A model generated the notes under the pieces. The model saw only the letters and a list, made by a program, of their open reading frames with translations. It made no database searches and was not told the DNA's origin. Positions 57,746 through 64,000 of a stretch of DNA of 64,000 nucleotides are shown here, in pieces. A program made the position numbers and the translations under genes. The stretch is from positions 52,411 through 116,410 of the forward strand of contig JAZORU010000016.1 of NCBI GenBank assembly GCA_045656765.1. Direction: 5' to 3'. Source of the DNA: Eubacteriales bacterium (GTDB taxonomy: Bacteria > Bacillota > Clostridia > Oscillospirales > CAG-272). The number at the start of each line of letters is the position of its first letter. The first letter of the stretch is position 1.

Positions 57746-60700
57746 ATGTATCTCAAATCACTTGAGCTGCACGGATTTAAATCCTTCCCAAATAAAACTA
57801 CATTAAATTTTGAGCGTGGAGCTACCGTAATTATCGGGCCTAACGGAAGCGGAAAGAGTAATCTTTCGGACGCTATGCGTTGGGTTCTCGGTGAGATGTC
57901 TACCAAGAGCATCAGAGGCTCTAAGATGGAAGACGTAATATTCGGCGGAGCTGATACGCGTCGTCCTATGGGATATGCCGAGGTTTCGGTTACCTTTGAC
58001 AATACCGACACCGAGCACCGCATAGATTCACCCTACGACGAGATAACCGTTACGCGCCGTTATTACCGTTCGGGCGACAGTGAGTATTTTCTTAACAGAA
58101 AGCCCTGCCGCTTGCGCGACATACACGAGCTCTTTTTGAACACGGGTGTCGGACGCGAGGGATATTCTATCATCGGGCAGGGACGAATTGCGGAAATTCT
58201 CTCTAAAAAGAGTGAGGATAGAAGAAATATCTTTGAGGAAGCCGCAGGTATATCCAAGTTCAGATATAAGAAGACCGAGAGTGAGCGTAAGCTTGCCGAA
58301 TGCGAGAATAATATGATTCGTATCTCGGACGTCCTAAGTGAGCTTGAGGGCCGCGTAGGACCTCTTGAGCGCGACTCTGAGAAGGCGAAGAAATATCTTG
58401 AGCTTTACGAGGAAAAGAAAAAGACAGACGTAGCTCTTTGGATATATGATACCGCAAGGCTTCACGAGGAAGAGGAAAAGGCTGCCGAGGCACTTAAGCT
58501 CTCAGAGCATGAGCTTGAGATAGCAGAGGATACTCTTGCAGGCTTTGAGCGTCAGTACGATAAGCTCTTTGAGGAAAGCCAGGCAACCAAGCTTGAAAGC
58601 GAAAAGCTGCTTTCGGATATAAAGAAGATAAGCGACCTTGTATATAAGCTTGAAGCAGAGTACAAGGTAAGCGAAAACGATACCGTACATAACAACACCT
58701 TGATCGCTCTCTGTGAGCAGTCGGGAGAGGAGCTTTCCCGTCAGAAAAAGAGCTGCGAGATTGCGTGCGACGGTATTCGCGAGGAGATAGAAGCGCACAA
58801 GGGTAAGCTCGCTTCTCTTGAGGCTGAGTACGGCGAGAGCTGCGAGAAAACCGCTCTTTGTGCAGAGAGAATAGAAGGCTGCGAGCGCACTCTTGAGGAA
58901 ATGCTCTCAAAGATAAGAGAGCTTGAAGGGCGTATGACCGACATCAAGCTTCGCGTAGGCGTGCTTGAAAGCTCGCACGACTCGGATATATCAAAGAGCC
59001 GCGAAGCTCAGAGCGAACTTGAGCGATACAGTGCAGAGATAAATACGCTTAATCAAAAGATAGAACAGAGCAACAAAACTATAGCCGATTACGATGCTAA
59101 AAAGGCAGAGTGTGCGGCTGAGAGCGAGAAGCTTGAGGGCGAGCTTGAAGGCTTGACCAAGAAGTCGGACGAGCTGTCTGAGAACATCAGAGAAGCATCG
59201 CTTCGTCGCGATACGGCGAGAGAAAAGGCAAAGACACTCTCGGATATGGAAGCGCATTTTGAAGGATATGCAAACGGTGTAAGATACGTAATGCGCCGCT
59301 ACGGCGAGGGCTCGGTCGATGGTGCGGGAACAATATACGGACCGCTTTCAAAGCTCATTGGAGCAAGCGATAAATATATACTTGCGGCAGAGACCGCACT
59401 TGCAAACAATATACAGAGCATAGTCTGTGATAACGATGCGACCGCAAAAGCGGCAATTCGTATGCTTAAAGCAAGTGGACAGGGAAGATGTACCTTCTAT
59501 CCCTTGACGAGCATGCACGCGCAGGACGAGACCGAGGAAATGCGTCAGGCATATAAGTGCAAGGGATATATCGGAACTGCATCCGAGATAATCGACTGCG
59601 ACGAGAAGTTCCGCGTAGTGCTTGACAGCGTGCTTGGAAGAACTCTCGTTTTCGAGGATCTTGATTGTGCATCCGAATGTGCGAAAAAGGTCAAGTACAG
59701 AGTTAAAATAGTAACGCTTGACGGACAGATCATCAACGCAGGCGGAGCTTACACGGGCGGCTCGTCCAAGCGTGACAGCGGCATTATGTCGAGAGGTGCG
59801 AAGATCGACGAGCTTACGGCACTTGACAAGAAGCTTACGTCCGAGATAGAAAAGAAGCAGGCAGAGCTTGCGGGTGCTGAGTCAGAGTCAGAGAAGATAA
59901 AGCTCAGGCTCGGTGCAGTAAATCAGCAGTCTGACATACTTGATGCTATGTGCTCGGCAGAAAAAGCTCAAATGGGAGCTTATCTTGCTAAACTTGAGAC
60001 ACAGACCGAGCTTACTGAAAAGCTTACGGGCGATATACTTCGTATTGAGGAACAGAACTCAAGCTACGCAGATGAGCTTGCACGTCTTAGCGCCGAAGCC
60101 GACTCTTGCGCAAAAGAGACGGAGGAGCTGAGAGCAGCTCGTATAAACGTGGACGCAGAGAAGAACGCGGAAGCTGAGGAAAAGGAAAAACTCTTCTCTC
60201 GTACAAATGAGCTTCTTATCAAGCTTGCGGAAGCAAGAAAGGATAAGGAAGGCGCTGAGGAGAGACTTGCAAACCAGATAATCCGTATATCAGAGATCGA
60301 CGCGGATATAGATGCGAATAACCAAAAGGCGCAGGGCTACCGCGAGCAGCTTAAAAAACTTGAAGCAGGCAGAGAGCTTAACCGCGAGAATGCAAAGTCG
60401 TTTAGCGAGGAGCTTGCCGAGCTTAACGCCCGCCGTGCAGGTGCCGAGGAGTCGGGACTTGATTATGAAAAGAAGCAAAACGAGTTAAGAATCCGCATCC
60501 GCGAAAAGACTCAGGAGAAGGAGCTCCTTTTCAAAACGCATACCAAAAATGAAGCAAAGCACCGCTCGCTTGTTGAGCAAAAGGACAAGTTTACGGCACA
60601 GATCTGGGAGGACTATGAGCTTACCTATTCTCAGGCTGTGGCACTCGGTTATCCCGAGGTAAGCGAGGAGAATAGAGCAGAGTATTCGAGCAACGCGCAA

Positions 60701-61348
60701 AAGCTCAAGAACCAGATAAAAGCGCTCGGTTCGGTCAACGTCAACGCTATCGAGGAATATGCCGAGATAAAGGCAAGATACGACGATATGACGGCGCAGA
60801 TGGCAGACCTTTCTGCATCAAGAAAGCAGCTTGAAGGAATTATTGCAAGAATCGAGGGCGAGATGAAGCGCAGCTTCTCGGAAGCCTTCAACAAGATAAA
60901 TGAAAACTTCAAGGTTACCTTTGCGGAGCTTTTCGGCGGCGGTCAGGCAGAGCTTCTTCTGACAGACCCCGAGAATATCCTTACAAGCGGTATTGATATA
61001 AAAGCCGCACCTCCGGGAAAAATAGTTAAGAGTCTTATGCTTCTCTCGGGCGGTGAGCAGGCATTCGTTGCTATTGCGTTATTGTTTGCCGTGCTTAAGG
61101 TAAATCCGTCGCCCTTCTGTATCCTTGACGAGATAGAGGCGGCACTTGACGAAGTAAACGTAGCGAGATTTGCCGAGTATATAAAGAAATTCGATTCGAT
61201 TCAGTTTATACTCATTACGCACCGCAGAGGCACAATGGAAGCCGCAGACAGAATGTACGGTGTTACTATGCCCGAGCAGGGTGTATCTAAGGTAATAGAG
61301 CTGAACGTATATGAATTCGAGGCTCGCCGAGACGAGTTTATAAAATAG
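57746..61348 (+). CDS. smc: chromosome partition protein Smc
   Basis: 1200 aa. N-terminal Walker A GPNGSGKSN, long coiled coils, hinge, C-terminal LSGGE signature and Walker B ILDEIEAALD. Confidence 0.97.
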   Translation: MYLKSLELHGFKSFPNKTTLNFERGATVIIGPNGSGKSNLSDAMRWVLGEMSTKSIRGSKMEDVIFGGADTRRPMGYAEVSVTFDNTDTEHRIDSPYDEITVTRRYYRSGDSEYFLNRKPCRLRDIHELFLNTGVGREGYSIIGQGRIAEILSKKSEDRRNIFEEAAGISKFRYKKTESERKLAECENNMIRISDVLSELEGRVGPLERDSEKAKKYLELYEEKKKTDVALWIYDTARLHEEEEKAAEALKLSEHELEIAEDTLAGFERQYDKLFEESQATKLESEKLLSDIKKISDLVYKLEAEYKVSENDTVHNNTLIALCEQSGEELSRQKKSCEIACDGIREEIEAHKGKLASLEAEYGESCEKTALCAERIEGCERTLEEMLSKIRELEGRMTDIKLRVGVLESSHDSDISKSREAQSELERYSAEINTLNQKIEQSNKTIADYDAKKAECAAESEKLEGELEGLTKKSDELSENIREASLRRDTAREKAKTLSDMEAHFEGYANGVRYVMRRYGEGSVDGAGTIYGPLSKLIGASDKYILAAETALANNIQSIVCDNDATAKAAIRMLKASGQGRCTFYPLTSMHAQDETEEMRQAYKCKGYIGTASEIIDCDEKFRVVLDSVLGRTLVFEDLDCASECAKKVKYRVKIVTLDGQIINAGGAYTGGSSKRDSGIMSRGAKIDELTALDKKLTSEIEKKQAELAGAESESEKIKLRLGAVNQQSDILDAMCSAEKAQMGAYLAKLETQTELTEKLTGDILRIEEQNSSYADELARLSAEADSCAKETEELRAARINVDAEKNAEAEEKEKLFSRTNELLIKLAEARKDKEGAEERLANQIIRISEIDADIDANNQKAQGYREQLKKLEAGRELNRENAKSFSEELAELNARRAGAEESGLDYEKKQNELRIRIREKTQEKELLFKTHTKNEAKHRSLVEQKDKFTAQIWEDYELTYSQAVALGYPEVSEENRAEYSSNAQKLKNQIKALGSVNVNAIEEYAEIKARYDDMTAQMADLSASRKQLEGIIARIEGEMKRSFSEAFNKINENFKVTFAELFGGGQAELLLTDPENILTSGIDIKAAPPGKIVKSLMLLSGGEQAFVAIALLFAVLKVNPSPFCILDEIEAALDEVNVARFAEYIKKFDSIQFILITHRRGTMEAADRMYGVTMPEQGVSKVIELNVYEFEARRDEFIK

Positions 61349-61357
61349 GAGTAGCAA

Positions 61358-62266
61358 ATGTCATTTTTTGAAAAACTGAAGGCAGGACTTTCTAAAACGA
61401 AAGCCGCTGTAATGGGGCAGATAAACGATCTCTTTAAAGCCTTCGTCAGAATTGACGAGGATATGCTTGATGAGCTTGAGGAGCTTCTTATCTGCTCGGA
61501 TATAGGAGCTCAGACGACCGAGTATATACTTGATGAGCTTCGCGAAAGAATAAAAGAAAAGCGTCTGTCCGATCCCGAGGATGCAAAGGCAGAGCTTAAG
61601 GACATACTTCTTTCTCTCGTAGGAGAGTTTGAGCCTCTTGATTTGTCTAAGAAGCCATCTGTCATACTTGTTATAGGTGTGAACGGAGTCGGCAAGACCA
61701 CCTCTATCGGTAAAATGTCGGCAGAGCTTAAAAGCCAAGGAAAGCGCGTGCTCGTAGCGGCGGCAGATACCTTCAGAGCCGCGGCGATAGAACAGCTTTC
61801 GGTTTGGTGCGAGCGTGCGGGCGTTGATATAATCAAGCAGTCGGGCGGCTCTGACCCCGCGGCTGTGGTTTATGATGCGGCAAACGCGGCGAAAAGCCGA
61901 GGCAGTGACGTTTTGATAATTGATACCGCGGGCAGACTTCATAATAAGAAAAACCTTATGGACGAGCTCTCAAAAATCGACAGAGTTATATCGAGAGAAC
62001 TGCCTGATGCTTGCCGCGAGACCTTGCTCGTGCTTGATTCAACCACGGGACAGAACGCAGTAAATCAAGCAAAGGAATTCAAGAATGCCGCGAACATCAC
62101 AGGTCTCGTTTTAACGAAGCTTGACGGCACGGCAAAGGGCGGAATCGTCTTTTCCGTTAAGCGCGAGCTTGATATCCCTGTCAAATTTATCGGCGTCGGC
62201 GAAGGAATTGACGATATGAAGCCGTTTTGTGCCCGCGAGTTCGTTGATGCACTTTTTGAGGAATAA
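61358..62266 (+). CDS. ftsY: signal recognition particle receptor FtsY (NG domain only)
   Basis: GVNGVGKTTSIGK, DTAGRLH, TKLDGTAKGG; 302 aa. Confidence 0.95.
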   Translation: MSFFEKLKAGLSKTKAAVMGQINDLFKAFVRIDEDMLDELEELLICSDIGAQTTEYILDELRERIKEKRLSDPEDAKAELKDILLSLVGEFEPLDLSKKPSVILVIGVNGVGKTTSIGKMSAELKSQGKRVLVAAADTFRAAAIEQLSVWCERAGVDIIKQSGGSDPAAVVYDAANAAKSRGSDVLIIDTAGRLHNKKNLMDELSKIDRVISRELPDACRETLLVLDSTTGQNAVNQAKEFKNAANITGLVLTKLDGTAKGGIVFSVKRELDIPVKFIGVGEGIDDMKPFCAREFVDALFEE

Positions 62267-62268
62267 GT

Positions 62269-62889
62269 ATGAAAAAATACACTTTCGTTCTGTGTTCTCA
62301 GAATAAAAACAAAATACGTGAGTTTCGAGAGATCCTCTGTGAGAGAGCAAGCGAGCTTCTTGGTGATAATCCCCCCGAGATAGAGATACTTTCTCTTTCT
62401 GATATCGGTTTTTTCGATGATATAGTCGAGGATGGCAACACCTTTGAAGAAAACGCGCTTATCAAGGTAAGGGCGGTATCAAATATGACCGACTACCCTT
62501 GTATAGCCGATGATAGCGGTCTTGAGGTTGATGCTCTCGGCGGTGAGCCGGGGATTTATTCCGCAAGATACGCAGGGGAGCACGGAAACGACCAAAAGAA
62601 CATAGATAAGCTTCTTTTGAAGCTTGAAGGCGAAGCTAACAGAGAAGCACGCTTCGTTTCCGCCGTAGCTTACCGCTCGCACGAGGACGAGTTCGTTCTT
62701 CGCGGCGAGGCTCAGGGAAGGATAATGCACGAGTGCCGCGGCAACGGCGGATTTGGCTATGATCCCGTATTTGAATGTGCCGTACACGGTTGCTCTTACG
62801 GCGAGCTTACTGCAGAAGAAAAAAACAAAATCAGTCACAGACGCGCGGCTATCGAAAAATTAGCCGAGAGACTGTTCGGAAAACAATAG
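62269..62889 (+). CDS. rdgB: non-canonical purine NTP pyrophosphatase (RdgB/HAM1 family)
   Basis: SQNKNKIREF, DDSGLEVDALGGEPGIYSARY, FGYDPVF, ISHR. Confidence 0.9.
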   Translation: MKKYTFVLCSQNKNKIREFREILCERASELLGDNPPEIEILSLSDIGFFDDIVEDGNTFEENALIKVRAVSNMTDYPCIADDSGLEVDALGGEPGIYSARYAGEHGNDQKNIDKLLLKLEGEANREARFVSAVAYRSHEDEFVLRGEAQGRIMHECRGNGGFGYDPVFECAVHGCSYGELTAEEKNKISHRRAAIEKLAERLFGKQ

Positions 62890-62905
62890 TAAAAAGGTTT
62901 AAAAT

Positions 62906-63199
62906 ATGCTAACAAGTAAACAGAGAGCGCATCTGCGCTCAATAGCACAAAGCTACGATACGATATTTCAGATAGGCAAGGGCGGTCTTACAGAGCAAAC
63001 TGTAAAGACGGTAAACGATGCCCTTGAAGCGAGAGAGCTTATAAAGCTCCGCACGCTTGAAAACTGTGCCTATTCACCGAGAGAAGCGGCAGAGACACTT
63101 GCAGAGGCTACGGGTGCTGAGGTCGTATGTGTAACAGGCACGAGGTTCGTGCTTTGGCGTCGTTCTTCTAAGGAAAAGAACAGAAAGATCGAGCCATAA
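62906..63199 (+). CDS. yhbY: YhbY/CRM-domain RNA-binding protein
   Basis: LTSKQRAHLRSIAQSYDTIFQIGKGGLTEQTVKTVNDALEARELIK; 97 aa. Conserved position before nadD. Confidence 0.88.
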   Translation: MLTSKQRAHLRSIAQSYDTIFQIGKGGLTEQTVKTVNDALEARELIKLRTLENCAYSPREAAETLAEATGAEVVCVTGTRFVLWRRSSKEKNRKIEP

Positions 63200-63234
63200 C
63201 TTCTTGTCGAATTTAAAAACAGAGGTGTACTTGG

Positions 63235-63855
63235 ATGTCAGATAAAAAAGCGGCAATTTTCGGTGGCAGCTTTTCCCCCGTCCATACAGGACATATAAAA
63301 TCGGCGAAAGCATACCTTGCGGCAAGCGGAGCTGATAAGATAACCGTTGTCCCCGCAAAGCGCCCGCCGCACAAATCGCTTGACAGCGGAGCTTCCGACG
63401 AGGATAGGATAAATATGCTTAATATCGCGTTTTCATCCGACACGGAGCTTTGTTCAAGGTACGAGATATCCGATTTTGAGCTTTCCCGCGACAGCGTAAG
63501 CTACACGATTGATACGGTGGATTATTTTATATCACAAGGGTATACCGATATTTCCTTGCTTATCGGCACTGATATGCTGCTTATCTTTGACAGTTGGCGC
63601 GGCTATAAAGAGCTTCTCTCAAAGGTCACGCTTTACTACACTGACAGATACGGTAAAGAGGAAAAGGCAAAGTGCCAAATCAAAGCTGACGAGCTTCGTC
63701 AAAAGTACGATGCGCGCATAGTTGCGCTTGAAGCCCCGGTTTTCCAAGCAAGCTCAAGCGAGATAAGAGAGCTGATAAGAAACGGGCAGAGCACCGACGG
63801 AATACTCTCTGACAAGGTAAGAGAGTACATTGATGAAAAGGGACTGTACAGATGA
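63235..63855 (+). CDS. nadD: nicotinate-nucleotide adenylyltransferase
   Basis: AIFGGSFSPVHTGHI (HxGH), SSSEIR (ISSTxxR-like) near the C-terminus. Confidence 0.92.
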   Translation: MSDKKAAIFGGSFSPVHTGHIKSAKAYLAASGADKITVVPAKRPPHKSLDSGASDEDRINMLNIAFSSDTELCSRYEISDFELSRDSVSYTIDTVDYFISQGYTDISLLIGTDMLLIFDSWRGYKELLSKVTLYYTDRYGKEEKAKCQIKADELRQKYDARIVALEAPVFQASSSEIRELIRNGQSTDGILSDKVREYIDEKGLYR

Positions 63856-64000
63856 TAAATGGATATGAAATTACCCGAGATATGCTTGACGGCCTGAGAG
63901 AAAGAGTAAAAAATGCTCTCGGCGAAAAACGCTTTTCGCATACACTCGGTGTAGAGCGTGAGATAGAGCGACTTGCCCGTATCTACTGCCCTGATAAAGC
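63852..64000 (+). CDS. yqeK: HD-domain bis(5'-nucleosyl)-tetraphosphatase YqeK, N-terminal part; 3' end outside the window
   Basis: My own translation from ATG 63852: MINGYEITRDMLDGLRERVKNALGEKRFSHTLGVEREIERLARIYCPDK. It is open to the window edge, overlaps the nadD stop by 4 nt, and keeps the conserved nadD-yqeK order. Confidence 0.8.
   Translation, partial: MINGYEITRDMLDGLRERVKNALGEKRFSHTLGVEREIERLARIYCPDK

Overview
This 64-kb window reads as an ordinary, densely packed chromosomal core region of a spore-forming Clostridia-type Firmicute. That assignment is an inference from gene content such as ytfJ/DUF2953, scpAB and the tig-clpP-clpX order. I can support about 64 protein genes, almost all recognisable housekeeping functions. 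They include the str operon (rpsL-rpsG-fusA-tuf), an FMN riboswitch with ribU, a maltodextrin ABC/malQ operon, htrA, ruvX, queA, dapA, cysK-luxS, tig-clpP-clpX and thrC. Also present are the lepB-rbgA-rnhB-yraN cluster, rplS, a long lon-engB-lysA-M50-scpAB-sporulation-dacB-rluB run, infC-rpmI-rplT, dprA-topA-trmFO, plsX-rnc-radical SAM-smc-ftsY, and rdgB-yhbY-nadD-yqeK. I see no rRNA or tRNA genes, CRISPR arrays, transposases, integrases, phage genes or recognisable defence or toxin modules. I do not find convincing evidence for a novel multi-gene system here. The least-explained items are modest. (1) A promoter-to-U-tract structured element of about 113 nt lies upstream of lon on the minus strand and could be a candidate sRNA or attenuator leader. 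(2) An uncharacterised 391-aa polytopic membrane protein is apparently co-transcribed with ribU behind the FMN riboswitch. (3) Trigger factor carries an 80-aa Lys/Ala/Thr-rich basic tail. (4) A perfect 24-bp palindrome with a third half-site copy sits upstream of the maltodextrin operon. (5) A 10-bp hairpin sequesters the dacB-like gene's Shine-Dalgarno sequence. All functional calls come from reading the translated ORFs and motifs by eye; no database search was run.
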